DNA from: Squalus acanthias
Taxonomy: Eukaryota
Assembly: GCA_030390025.1 (NCBI GenBank)
Contig: CM059431.1
Span: 105,464,001 to 105,528,000, forward strand
Direction: 5' to 3'
Length of the DNA: 64,000 nt
The position numbers were made by a program, and so were the translations under genes. The notes beneath the pieces are model-generated. The model was given only the letters and a program-made list of their open reading frames with translations. It was not told where the DNA came from and did no database searches. Positions 24,260-36,519 of the stretch are shown piece by piece (within the stretch, counting starts at the first letter, position 1; each line of letters begins with the position of its first letter).

Positions 24260-25070
24260 GGGAGGAAGATGAGGAGGAGGAGGAGGAGGAAGGTGATGAG
24301 GGCAATGCAGCACCAGCTGCTCACATTGCTGCCTGGGATGCCAGGGGTGTCCTTATTAATCCAAGGTTCACTTAGGTTGCACCAGTGGACCCATGTCAAA
24401 AGCACATGCAACGGCCACACTTCCCGCCCCCGCCCCCCAGTGCCACTGACACAACGTAGTCCTGCAAACAACCAACCACCCCTTGCAGAACCCCCCATTG
24501 GTCCCCGTCACTTCATGTCTTCCCATTCAGCATCAAACAAATTAAAAGGCGACTTGCCACCCAGCAACCAAGAATGGGCAAGATGGGAAAGTGGTGCAAA
24601 CTAATAAAAATTTATGGGATTCTACTAAAGAACAGAAACTTTACAACATAACATTTCTCCTACATTCCCTTGGATATTAAGGAAATCAAGGGATATGGGG
24701 ATAGTGCAGGAAAGTGGAGTTGAGGTAGAAGATCAGCCATGATCTTATTGAATGGCGGAGCAGGCTTGAGGGGCCAAATGGCCTACTCCTGCTCCTATTT
24801 CTTACGTTCTTATGTTCACCCATGTACATTCCTGTGTGACACTACAAAGCTTTTGTCTTCCTTTTCCTAGCGCTCCTACGTGGTGCAACCCCTATGGCTT
24901 TAGCAGAGGTAGAGACAGGCTGCTCACATCCCTGCTCTAATTGCTGAGATGCTCTTGGCCGACGTCACAAACTGAAATTCCTTCCGGGTTTCCCATGCAG
25001 ACCCCCGCCCACCCCCACCCCCGCCCTCCCCCACCCCTCCCGCCCCCCACACACACACTTGCCTCCGAGT
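24260..25070 (+). mobile_element. Remnant of a second Harbinger (transposase C-terminus and inter-gene region)
   Basis: EEDEEEEEEGDEGNAAPAAHIAAWDARGVLINPRFT* parallels the acidic tail and ARAVRQRLITSQF* end of the transposase at 15249. Confidence 0.55.
24670..24815 (+). mobile_element. CR1 3' end
   Basis: gatcagccatgatcttattgaatggcggagcagg...cctactcctgctcctatttc. Confidence 0.9.
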
Positions 25071-25074
25071 TAAT

Positions 25075-25776
25075 GGGCCAGAAATTCACCTCTCCGGCTT
25101 GCCGCGGGGGTAAGGATCGCGCGCGCACTTACCTACCGCGCCTGCCGTTGTGTTTTAGGCCCACGGGAACTTCAGCTCCTGGGCCTGCTCCAAGTGCCGG
25201 CGCGCAGTGTTTGCGTGTTCCAGGGGCGCAGTTAGTGCGATGCGTCCCCTGGGATCACGTGGGCCATGGAGAGCCAATGGCAGCAGACCATCTTTCATTC
25301 ATAGATTTGACAGGAAGAGCTGTCAAATCTGTGAATTGAAATCGACCCCAAAAGAACAGCTAAACTTAAAATAAATTTTTTAAAACCCATCACATTTATA
25401 AAATAACTATAGTTAAATAAATTAACCACTTTAAACAAAAATTTAAAAGTGATAAAAATAAACTTACCTTTCTTTAAAGTATCTAAAAAAGATAAACCTG
25501 TTGAAAAATTTTTTAAATTATACTTAATTAACCACTTACCTTGTTGAAAACGGGTCCTGCGCCTCCTTTTTATAAGCGTAGGTTCTTCACTACTTACCCT
25601 CGCGTAGAAACCTGAAAAAAAATCTACGTTCGCTGCGTGCGCGCAGCCTCTACCGCGCACGCGGTTCACCTAGGAACCGCCCCCTTCACCAGACCGGAAG
25701 TTCCGGTTTCCCGCGCATGCGCAGTGCATGCAGGAAACCGGCACTTCGGGACGCATTACGGGTGAGTATTGGGGCC
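25075..25776. mobile_element. Harbinger-type MITE with AT-rich core
   Basis: Termini gggccagaaattcacc / ggtgagtattggggcc; related to 22028-22768 in reverse. Confidence 0.8.
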
Positions 25777-26139
25777 GTTGTGTCCACATATGCCTTGTGA
25801 CATTTTTTGAACAATTACGTTCTCTTAGCCATTTTCCAACTTCAGGAATGTCTCCAAAATTTAGCAACCTCGCAAAAAAGGTCAGTCCAAGCTTCACTAA
25901 TTTCAGTCCCCAACTTCTTCAAGAAACATTGGACCCAAGTTCTCTGGACCAGGTACTTTGTCTACCTTAACTTTCGGCTGACTGTGTGGGTTTGCTTAGG
26001 GACTCCATCAAGTAAAAGAAAACCCATAACTTCCACAATTGTGCTTTCTTCTTTCATATGTTCCTGTCCAGTCGCAATAAATATCTACAGCAGAATATGG
26101 TGTGGGATAGCAGAACACCCCACGCGTTAACATCTTACA

Positions 26140-26565
26140 TGATTTCAAAATTCTCATCCTTGTTTTCAAATCCCTCCGTGGCCTCGCCATCTCCCTATCT
26201 CTGTAATCTCCTTCAGCCCCACAACCCCCCAGCACCCCGCCCCTGAGATATCTGCGCTCCTCTAATTCTGCCCTCTTGAGCATCCCTGATTATAATCACT
26301 CAACCTCTGGCGGCCGTCCCTTCTGTTGCCTCGGCCCCAAGCTCTGGAATTCCCTGCCTAAACCTCTCCGCCTCGCTACCTCTCTTTTCTCCTTTAAGAC
26401 GCTCCTTAAAACCTACCTCTTTGACCAAGCTTTTGATCACCTGTCCTAATTTCTCCTTTGTGGCTCGGTGTCAAATTTTTAGTCTTTTAATACTCCAGTG
26501 CAGCACCTTGGGACATTTTACAACATTAAAGGTGCTATATAAATACAAATTGCTGTTGTTGTTGA
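26140..26565 (+). mobile_element. L2 LINE 3' fragment
   Basis: FKILILVFKSLRGLA...KLWNSLPKPLR...LKTYLFDQAF; (gtt)n tail. Confidence 0.9.
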
Positions 26566-26989
26566 TTAAAAATCTAGGCAGATTTTGTTTCCATGATGTT
26601 CCTCTGATTTCCTTTGACTAACAATTCTTCTCCATCACTCACCAGTTCACGGATAATATACTTTTGTCAATGCTCTAAAATGCATTCATCCCTTGCGTAC
26701 CATGTGAAATTATTTAGTGGCTCCAACCAATATAAAGAAACAAGCACATCCACAAATATAATTTTCTTCCCACCTTCCAGAAATATGCTTCACCTTTCAA
26801 CCAGAGTAGCAATCCTGAGGGGTATGCACATGCTCCTTCTTATTAATTATTGTTATGAAATCAGTACATGTTTCCTGCTTAACATATTGTTTCAGTTTAA
26901 AGTTGTGGCATACCTCAAAACAATTAAAGAAATGTAGGGTGCATCATAAAACCTAGTCATAGCTGCTTATATCATTGCGTTCTTGTACT

Positions 26990-27450
26990 TGGGTAGCACC
27001 CTCGCCTCTGAGTCAGAAGGTTGTGGGTTCAAGTCCCACTCCAGGAACTTGAGCACATAAAGCTAGGCTGACATTCCAGTGTGGTACCGAGGGCGTGCTG
27101 CACTGTCGGAGGTGCCGTCTTTCGGATGAGATGTTAAACTGAGGCCCCGTCTGCTCTCTCAGGTGGACATAAAACATCCCATGACACTATTTCAAATGAA
27201 GAGCAGGGGAGTTCTCACCAGTGTCCTGGCCAATATTTATCTCTCAACCAACATCACTAAAACAGATTATCTGGTCATTATCACATTGCTGTTTGTGGGA
27301 GCTTGCTGTGCGCAAATTGACTGCCGCGTTTCCCACATTACAACAGTGACTACACTTCAAAAAGCACTTCATTGGCTGTAAAGCGCTTTGAGGCGTCCGG
27401 TGGTTGTGAAAGATGCTGCAGAAATGCAAGTCTTTCTTTCTTCTTTCTTT
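26990..27450 (+). mobile_element. DeuSINE/SacSINE1-like SINE
   Basis: Matches 4598-5050. Confidence 0.9.
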
Positions 27451-27481
27451 CAATGTTCAGCTATCAGTCAACCCAATATGT

Positions 27482-27719
27482 CTCTTAATGTCTCTTCATC
27501 TCCTCCTTTGTTCCTTTATCCCCTCCCCCTTTTCCCAGCTTTACCCTGGCCTTAAATCTATTTGATTTCCAGCTCTTCCCAGTTCTGATGAAAGGTCATC
27601 GACCTGAAACGTCAACTCTCTTTCTCTCTCCACGGATGCTGCCTGGCCTGCTGAGTTTTTCCAGCCTTTTCTGTTGTTATTTCGGATTTCCAGCATCTGC
27701 AGTATTTTGCTATCGTATT
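27482..27719 (+). mobile_element. 5'-truncated Penelope pLTR with 16-bp TSD
   Basis: TSD agtcaacccaatatgt at 27466-27481 and 27720-27735. Confidence 0.9.
27581..27617 (+). ncRNA. Minimal hammerhead ribozyme motif with canonical CUGAUGA and GUC
   Basis: agtt-CTGATGA-a-aggtc(atc)gacct-GAAA-c-GTC-aact. Confidence 0.85.
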
Positions 27720-28112
27720 AGTCAACCCAATATGTTTTCCTGATGTTCAAAGAGAAACTCAATGGACTCTTGCCAGAGCTTACCATCTGAGTGGATAAGT
27801 GTAGCATTTGCCATCTCCACTGAGCCTCTATTACAATAGGCTATAATCTTGGCACTCCAGTCTAATCGTTCTAGACTTGTAGACAATCCTTTGCAACATG
27901 CTGTGTCTCACACTGTTGTATTTTCAATAGTGACAACTGACAACAATAGAGGCGTTAAGTGGAATTGATTTCTTTCACCAGATTACAAATGTTCGTCATT
28001 TTATAGTTGCATTCATGCTTAGCTGACCAGATAACTCCCACACAAGTTCTCTCCTTCATCCTTTCTACCTCTCATGTTCTGAGAATCCTCCTGCAGTAGC
28101 TTTGCATCAATA

Positions 28113-28530
28113 GGGATACGGTAGCATAGTGGTTATGTGGCTGGACTAGTAATTCAGAGGCCTGGACTAATAATTTGGAGTACGGCGAGTTCAAATCCCC
28201 ACCACAACAGTTGGGGAATTTAAATTCAATTAAATAAATCTGGAATAAAAAGCTAGTATCAGTAATAGTGACGCATGAAACTCCTGGATTGTTGTAAAAA
28301 CCCATCTGGTTCACTGATGTCCTTTAGGGAAGGAAATCTGCCGTCCTTACCCGGTCTGGCCTATATGTTACTCCAGACCCACAGGAATGTGGTTGACTCT
28401 TAACTGCCCTCTGAAATGGCCTAGCAAGCCATTCAGTTGTATTCAATGAAAGTGGCTCTCCACCACCTCTCGAGGGCAATTAAGGATGGCCTTGCCAGCA
28501 ACACCCACATCCTGAGCATGAATGAAAATA
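28113..28530 (+). mobile_element. tRNA-derived SINE with RTE-X-like LINE tail
   Basis: A box ggtagcatagtgg, B box gagttcaaatcc; 3' end matches the LINE tail at 9380-9460. Confidence 0.8.
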
Positions 28531-28589
28531 GGCCTATCCTAACCACATCTCCTCATTCTCAAATGTATGCTTCACCCAAGCTGTCTACA

Positions 28590-28708
28590 TGATTTTGGGT
28601 GGGGGGGAGAGCGTATATATTGTGATACACAAGGTCTCACAATTGTGCAGGATAGGCTGGATGGATCAGAGGGTCTTTTCCTGTCCGTCATTGTCCGTAT
28701 GTTCATGC
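28590..28708 (+). mobile_element. CR1-type 3' tail fragment
   Basis: Matches 55760-55880 (tatattgtgatacacaaggt...ggctggatgg...cctgtcc). Confidence 0.6.
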
Positions 28709-28940
28709 ATCTTCAATTGCTGCACTGAATCAATCACATAGCATTGACCATTTACCAAAGCTGACAGTAAGAAAACCCAACTGAGATATTTCACTGGGCA
28801 TTGGCCAGACCTCTTGAGGTTCTCTACAATTAACATTCCCTCATATAGAAGATGACTATGTTTAGCCACTCATAGCTTGCAATGGTATTTGGACTAGAAA
28901 CACACCATATTCTCAGCTTGATGAACGGTACTGATTGAAA

Positions 28941-29423
28941 CAAAATCAAAATACTGCAGATGCTGGAAATCTGAAATAAAAACAGAAAATGCTGGAAGTA
29001 CTCAGCAGGTCAGGCAGCATCTGTGGAGAGAAAAACAGAGTTAATGTTTCAGGTTGATGACCCTTCGTCAGAACTGGAAAAAGCTGGAGATGTAACAGAT
29101 TTTTAAGCAAGGGCAGGGGCAGGGAAAGGGGGGAGGGGAGGAAAGAACAAAAGGGAAGGTCTGTGATAGGATGGAAGGCAGGAGCGATTAAGAGACAAAA
29201 GGAATGGGTGCAAGGCAAAAGGAGATGGTAATGGGACAAGTTAAGAAAAAAAAGATGGCTCTAGATGAAGTGTAATTGGCAATGGCAGAATGAAAGACAG
29301 CTGCCATGTGAGAGAGAGGAAAAAAAATAAATGGAAAAAAAGATAGGGGCAGAGGTTATGGTCTGAAATTATTGAACTCTATGTTGAGTCCAGAAGACTG
29401 TAAAGTGCCTAACCAAAAGATGG
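28941..29423 (-). mobile_element. Penelope 3' fragment (copy A) with hammerhead at 29039-29075
   Basis: Reverse complement of ~10350-10820; TSD ggtactgattgaaa at 28927-28940 and 30521-30534. Confidence 0.9.
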
Positions 29424-30508
29424 AATAACAACAGAAAACGCTGGAAAAACTCAGCAGGCCAGGCAGCATCCGTGGAGAGAGAAACAGAGTTAACATTTCA
29501 GGTCGAAGACCTTTCGTCAGAACTGGAAATAGCAGGAAATGAAATAGATTTAAGGCAATGATAAAGCTGGGAAAAGGGGGAGGGGATGAAAGAACAAAAG
29601 GAGAGATTAAGAGATGATCAAGACACCCTAGTCCACTCCTCTACCACCCCCAGCACCCCTTCCCCTTCGCCCGGCACCTTCCCGTGCAAGCGCAGGAGAT
29701 GCAACACATGCCCTTATACCTCCCCTCTTCCCACTGTCCAGGGCCCCAAACACCCCTTCCAGGTGAAACAGTGATTTACTTGTACTTCCTGCAATTTAGT
29801 ATACTGTATTCGCTGCTCACGATGTGGTCTCCTCTACATTGGGGAGACCAAACGCAGATTGGGTGACCGCTTTGCGGAACACCTCCGCTCAGCCCGTAAG
29901 GGGGACCCCGAGCTCCCGGTCGCCTGTCACTTTAATTCTCCGCTCCTCTCCCACTCTGACCTCACCGTCCTCGGCCTATTACACTGTTCCACGGAAGCGC
30001 AGCGTAAGCTCGAGGAACAGCACCTCATCTTTCGTTTAGGCACGCTACAGCCCTCTGGACTCAATATCGAGTTCAACAATTTTAGATCATAACCTCAGCC
30101 CCTATCACATTTATATTTTATTTTTTCATCCACCCTTTTGTTTGCACCCCCTTTTTCTTTTTTTTCCCTCCTAGAAGCTGACAGCTGTCCTTCATTCTGC
30201 CAGTGCATTTCACACTTCTTTTGCCTCAACCTGTCACATTAACACCACCTCTTGCCTTGATCATCTCTTAATGTCTCTTAATGTCTCTTAATCTCTCCTT
30301 TTGTTCTTTCATCCCCTCTCCCTTTTCCCAGCTTTATCCTTGCCTTAAATCTATTTCATTTCCTGCTATTTCCAGTTCTGACGAAAGGTCTTCGACCTGA
30401 AACGTTAACTCTGTTTCTCTCTCCACGGATGCTGCCTGGCCTGCTGAGTTTTTCCAGCATTTTCTGTTGTTATTTCGGATTTCCAGCATCTGCAGTATTT
30501 TGCTATCG
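29424..30508 (+). mobile_element. Penelope element with inverted 5' pLTR, nested in copy A
   Basis: GIY-YIG domain PCKRRRCNTC...FTCTSCNLVYCIRCSRCGLLYIGETKRRLGDRFAEH (TGA at ~29772); 29424-29615 is an inverted copy of ~30280-30475; TSD taaccaaaagatgg at 29410-29423 and 30509-30522; hammerheads at 29488-29524 (-) and 30374-30410 (+). Confidence 0.93.
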
Positions 30509-31274
30509 TAACCAAAAGATGGTACTGATTGAAAGTTGGTACTGATTGAAAGATCACTGACATCACTGGACCCTTTTTTATAACTGGCCCAAAGGATGGA
30601 TTATTCCAGAAAGCCATTGACTTTTTTTCAGGAAAGAAGTCTCAAGGTTTGACCCTTGCTGAGATGTAATAATAATGGACCAGATATAAATTGGGTATAC
30701 AACTGCCTCATAAGTCAAATCACCAAAAATGATGCCACCTCAATAAGACATCAATTGAGGGATTACCTTAATTTAAGCAACATGGCACGGTTAAGAACTA
30801 CGTGGAGCTTCTAAATAATAGGGAGTTTCCCAAATCAGTTTCTTCAAGTTCCTGTCGCAGGGCATTACTGCAGGAATCGAGTACGATGTAATGTTGAGGA
30901 AGTTTCCTAAAGGAATGGAGATGTACAAAAGACACGGCTAATGGCAGTTTCTGTGGAAATCAATCGGCTAATATTCTCTCTGTTATTTCCCCATGAGGAT
31001 CACAAACTAGAGATGTTCAACAGTGATTCACCCACCACTGATCTCAGCTGTGTTTTGTGACTTATAACTGTTAAATAAAAAAAGTACAGGTTTTCCTCTT
31101 ACACTCGAGTATAAAGGTTGCCTGGGCTCAGCACACTGGGGAAATTTGGGCAGGGATAATGGCACGTTCATAATGGAACCTTCCCAATTTTCCATCGATT
31201 TAAATTCAAGGACAGACAAACATTGCAAGCTCTGTTTCGGCCATCCAATCCTCCCCACCCAATTAGAACACATA

Positions 31275-31450
31275 TAAGAACATAAGAAATAGGAGCAGGA
31301 GTGGGCCATTCGGCCCCTCGAGCCTGCTCCGCCATTCAATAAGATCATGGCTGATCTTCTACCTCATCTCCACTTTCCCGCACTGTCCCCATATCCCTTG
31401 ATTCCCTTAGTGCCCAAGAATCTATCGATCTCAGACTTGAATATACTCAA
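31275..31450 (-). mobile_element. CR1 3' end
   Basis: IFKSEIDRFLGTKGIKGYGDSAGKW plus tail. Confidence 0.9.
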
Positions 31451-31789
31451 CAAAAATTCTCTTCTCTGCACGCAGCCCCGGCAAACCCTTAAGTCTAAGT
31501 GCAATAAGATGAAGATTTTCCTCCTATATCCACAAATGTAAAGAGACTTCAAACAGAGGAGGTTAATGCTACAAAACTCTGTTTCTGTTAAGGTAGACTC
31601 TACAATGAGGTGCTGTCGGTGAGGAGAGGTGGTTACAGGGAATGAAGGTTGAGAAATAACTGCCTTACAAGACACTGGCCAGATCACGCTTGCACCTCTA
31701 GTCAAAACACTACAAATATATATATATGCATGCATTGGAAAGGAAGCAGAAAATAGCAACAAGACTGATCCAATTATAAGGTGGACAAA

Positions 31790-32110
31790 TTTTGAAGATC
31801 AAGCTGTAAGCTTACAAAGGAGGAGGATAATGGGGGACCTCATCATGGTCCACATAAGTTAAACCTAGAATATTACTTCAAATTAAGGCAGAAAGTAGCA
31901 CAAAGAACATAAAATGAAATTAGTGAACAGTAAAATTTCAAACCGATTTTATGAAGAATTTACTCAAAAAATGTTAAATGGTTGGGCTAACAATTACAGC
32001 TGGGTCATAAAGTGAAAATATATTGGAAATGTAATTTGGTGCTTTATCTTCTTTCTGTACTTAGTGGTAGGAGGAAGTAGGATCGAGAAAATGTAGCTTG
32101 AGGGGCAGAA
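31790..32110 (+). mobile_element. Ancient CR1 remnant
   Basis: SLQRRRIMGDLIMV... resembles decayed SLERRRLRGDLI. Confidence 0.5.
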
Positions 32111-32179
32111 CCTGCTGAAGTGCAATCTTATGTGATGGAAACCCCAGAGATTTAAAAAAAATATGTGGTGCATGTAAAG

Positions 32180-32625
32180 ATAACAACAACAACTTGTATT
32201 TATATAGCACCTTTAACGTAGTAAAACGTCCCAAGGCGCTGCACAGGAGTATTTTAAGACTAAAAATTTGACACTGATCCACATAAGGATAAATTAGGGC
32301 AGGTGACCAAAAGATTGGTCAAAGAGGTAGGTTTTAAGGAGCGCCTTAAAGAAGGAAAGAGAGGTAGTGAGGCGGACAGGTTTAGGGAGGGAATTCCTGA
32401 GCTTGGGGCCCAGGCAACAGAAGGCACGGCCACCAATGGTTGAGCGATTATAATCAGGGATGCTCAAGAGGGCAGAATTAGAGGAGTGCAGAGATCTCGG
32501 GGGGTTGTGGGGCTGGAGGAGATTACAGAGATAGGGAGGGGCGAGGCCATGGAGGGATTTGAAAACAAGGATGAGAATTTTGAAATCGAGGCGCTGCTTA
32601 ACCGGGAGCCAATGTAGGTCAGCGA
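32180..32625 (-). mobile_element. L2 LINE 3' fragment
   Basis: ADLHWLPVKQRLDFKILILVFKSLHGLAPPYL...LKTYLFDQSF. Confidence 0.93.
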
Positions 32626-32645
32626 GATGACAAAAGATGACAAAG

Positions 32646-34250
32646 CTCATTCCTGGCGCAGTTGTCTCAGTAATTTCTGACCTGCTGTACAAGAAACAAT
32701 TTCCAGTGTGCTTGAATTCAACGTAACTGTGTCAATTTGTGGTGAGTGTGAAATGACTATTAATTCAGACTTAAATATAGACCAGTACATAATTCTGAAA
32801 CCGTAGGATTTATTTGCTGAACTTACAAAAGGATGCAAGCTCATAATGTTGTATCTCTCACAGATCCATCAACAGATTGTTTTTGATAACAGTCTTAAGT
32901 AACATCAATTAAGAAGCAAATGGAAGTGCACCATCACGGGACTGCTTAATATAATGGCTTGCACTCCTGTTGGCATTCAAAGAATTATAGATCCAGTCCT
33001 ACACAGGCCAAATAAGGTGATTTGTTACCTTAATAAAGCGCTGGTTAGGCCTCAACTGGAGTACTGCGTCCAGTTCTGGTCACCACACTTTAGGAAGGAT
33101 GTGAAGGCCCTTGAGAGGGTGCAGAGGAGATTTACCAGAATGGTTCCAGGGATGGGGATCTCAGCTACAAGGACAGGTTGGAGAAGCTGGATTTGATTTT
33201 GTTAGAGCTAAGGAGGTTGAGGGGTGATTTGATAGAGGTGTACAAGATTATGACGGGTTTGGATAGGCTAGACGGGGAAAGGCTGTTCCCACTAGTTGAT
33301 GGTATAAGGACTAGGGGACACAGATTTAAGGTTTTGGGCAAGAGATACAGGGGGGACGTGAGGAAAAACTTTTTTACACAGCGAGTGGTGAGGACCTAGA
33401 ATTCGCTGCCGACGGAAGTGGTGAAAGCAGAGACACTCAAATGTTTTCAAGGGGAGACTGGATAGGCACTTGACGGAAATAAACTTCCAGGGCTACGGGG
33501 ATAAAGCGGGGGAATGGGACTGACTGGATTGCTCTACAGAGAGCCGGCACGGACTCGATGGGCTGAATGGCCTCCTTCTGTTCTGTTATGACTCTATGAC
33601 TAATGTTGTTTTAATAACTGGATATGCTAAACAGGAGAATCTGTGGCAGCTCAAAAGAGTGCTACAATACTTTGGAAAACATGGCTTGAAGTTGCAGAAA
33701 GCTGAGTGCGATTATTTTCAGAATCAAGTTACATTCAGGGTCACTATGTAGCTAGATGCTCAAGCTATCCATCATACTTCTGAGAAAATAGTTGCATTAG
33801 TACAAGCTCCCGTAGATATAATGACCCAGTTAAAAGTAAAATCTATTATTATTGAATTATTACAAGAAATTTCTACCAAACAAGCCCGCACTAATAACAA
33901 TAACAACTTGTATTTATATAGCTATGACTATTTATATGACTATTAAAAACACAAAGAGTGGCAGCGGTCAGATGAATGTCCAATCTGTTTTCAAATTAGC
34001 TAAACGAGAACTATCATCCAGGATCTTAGTGCATTTCGACTCTCATCTATCAATTTTTGTTAAGCATTCCACAATCCGCTTTATGAGGTGGGTAATCTAA
34101 ATATTCACATTATGAATAATAGTGCAGAAAAAATAATCCATTTTGCTCTTGAACATTAACCAGGGTGGAAATTTACTGCTTAAATTGAAGCAAAGTATTA
34201 GCTGTTACGGTTCAGGTCGCAAAATTTCAATGCACACTTTTATAGATCAT
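32646..34250 (+). pseudogene. Fossil Ty3/Gypsy pol (protease trace, RT, RNase H connection), split by CR1
   Basis: IPGAVVSVISD; SICGECEMTINSDLNIDQY..KP*DLFAEL..LYLSQIHQQ; GIQRIIDPVL..VICYLN|VVLITG..KHGLKLQKAECDYFQ..NYYKKFLPN..FKLAKRELSSRILVHFD, all decayed Gypsy RT motifs in order. Confidence 0.8.
33033..33600 (+). mobile_element. CR1 3' fragment inserted in the Gypsy YxDD motif
   Basis: KALVRPQLEYCVQFWSPH...; taat on both sides. Confidence 0.93.
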
Positions 34251-34288
34251 GATACTTTGCTGAAGTATCTTACTTCAGTGATATTTCA

Positions 34289-34760
34289 GTGTCAGCTGTG
34301 GCTCGGTGGGTAGCACCCTCGCCTCTGAGTCAGAAGGTTGTGGGTTCACAGTCCCACTCCAGGGACTTGAGCACAAAAATCTAGGCTGACACTCCCAGTG
34401 CAGTACTGAGCTCCGCTGCACTGTCTGAGGTGCTGTCTTTCAGATGAGACGTTAAACCGAGGCCCCGTCTGCCCTCGCAGGTGGATTTAAAAGATCCCAT
34501 GGCCACTATTTTGAAGAAGAGCAGCGGAGTTATCCCTGGTGTCCTGGCCAATATGTATCCCTCAATCAACATAACAAAAGCAGATTATCTGGTTATTATC
34601 ACATTGCTGTTTGTGGGAGCTTGCTGCGTGCGTATTGGCTGCTGAGTTTCCTACATTACAACAGTGACTACACTCCAAAAGTCCTTCATTGCCTGTAAAG
34701 CACTTTGAGATCTCTGGTGGTCGTGAAAGGCGCTATATAAATGCAGTCTTTTTTTTTCTT
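34289..34760 (+). mobile_element. DeuSINE/SacSINE1-like SINE
   Basis: Matches 4598-5050. Confidence 0.9.
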
Positions 34761-35329
34761 TCAGTGCTTGCCAACCTCCATTAGCTTCCATCCTTCAAAG
34801 CATTGAATTTAAAATTCACATCCTCATTTACAAATCCCCTTTGTCAGTGTGACAGGAGGAAAGGAATTCTAAATCTGAAATAAGGAACAATGTCATGCAC
34901 TCAAGGGTCAAAATGGTGAAAAGAGAACATCATTCACGTGGGTAAAAAATTCACTTTAAATTTACCCTCATCTTTTCAATGGCCTGTCATCGTCTTTCTA
35001 TTCCTTATTGGGATGTTATTTTCGAATCTTTTCTTTTTGTTTGGAATTAACATGCTTTTTCATCTTAATGTATTTTCCTTTTTAGCTTCGATATTTATTT
35101 ACTATATATGTTTTTTTTCTTCTCATTTCATCCTCCTCTCTTTATATTTTACATATTTTTAAAATTGCTGTGGTACTCTTGTTCAAGGGCAAGCATTATT
35201 GGGTGACCTCTGAACCCACAGAGAGATGCCTGGACCACACATGCTCCAGCGGCCTGCCCATTCCCATGGCCACACTCCTTCAATCTGAGTGCTGAAATCT
35301 TTTTGAAGATATTTGGAATTAGTTGCAGT

Positions 35330-36067
35330 GGCCTAGATTTTCCCGTCAAAATAATGGTGAGGCCAATAGCGCTCACCGTTATTCATGTACAAATGGTACT
35401 GCAACTTCAGGTGAGGGGCAGTTGCGAGGTTAAACTCAAATATCCAAAAGACAACAGCATCTCGCTGTCTACCTCACCAATAAAATGCATTGAATGGTGT
35501 GAAGTTGCCGTACTTGCGTGGTAGATACGAACTAAACTCGCCATAGAAAGTTAAATCTCATCATTTCAAGCATGAGTACCCTTTTAACAAAGTGAAAAAT
35601 GTTAATCACTGTCAATCAACCTCTCTGGCACTGAAAATTAACTATTACAAGTGTGGAGTCTCGTTCCTTCAGGTTTTAATTGTTGTTGGAGATTTTAAAA
35701 AGGTTAAATTTAGCTTTTTAATTTTTTTTAAACTTTTCCTTTCTATCTCTCTTTTCTCTCTCTTAATCCAGTCTTTCTTTCCCGCTCTTTATTTCTCTTT
35801 CTGTACCTGATTTGACATTGAATTCACCCACTCTAACTTACACTTCCTTGTTCAGTCCTTGCGCTGTTAATTTCACAATCCTTCAATCTGATTGGTGAAG
35901 GAGATACCACTGTTACTTGCCCTGTTCACTCAGGTCCCAGATGCCCGGTTTCCCCTCGCTGTGCCGTTATCAGCTCGCACTCTCAGCAACTTGCGACGCA
36001 AAAAAATTAAAACACCTAAACGGGCAAGGGCAAGCCATTAGATTCACTCGTACAGCAAATTATGGCC
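35330..36067. mobile_element. Harbinger-type MITE (diverged)
   Basis: ggcctagattt / aaattatggcc termini, flanks agt/tgt, AT-rich core; related to 45328-46048. Confidence 0.65.
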
Positions 36068-36519
36068 TGTAATGATCCTTTAAAAAAAACGCTAAGTACG
36101 TTTATTTAATTTTTAATTTCTTAATGTAAACAGCTGAAAAAAATATGGAATGGCACCAGGTGTACTTATTTCCAAATTTAGATTCCTCTTAATTTGTTCC
36201 CATTTGGCATAACTGCTCAGTTAATGCCTTGCAAACTTACAGTGCACAATAATCACTTAAAAGGCACTTTAAATCCAGAGGAAAGTACCATTAAACATTT
36301 GTAAATTATGTAATTGTGTACTGTAATCATTTCAAAGATGTGGTCAAGTAACGTTGTGCTTTACAGTTTAATATATATTTTTTCATCTTTTGGTGAGGTT
36401 GAGGTTTATTTTTAAATGGTACTTTTTTTTCTTGAGGACCACAGACTGACAGAGCATAGTTCTCGCAGTGATTCCCACACATACACACCGAGTTCCGGAT
36501 CTCAGCAAGAAAAGGTCAA

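Noticed and set aside
27750..28900. Possible ancient minus-strand LINE RT (PVKYLSWVF...)
   Set aside because: Too decayed to support by eye
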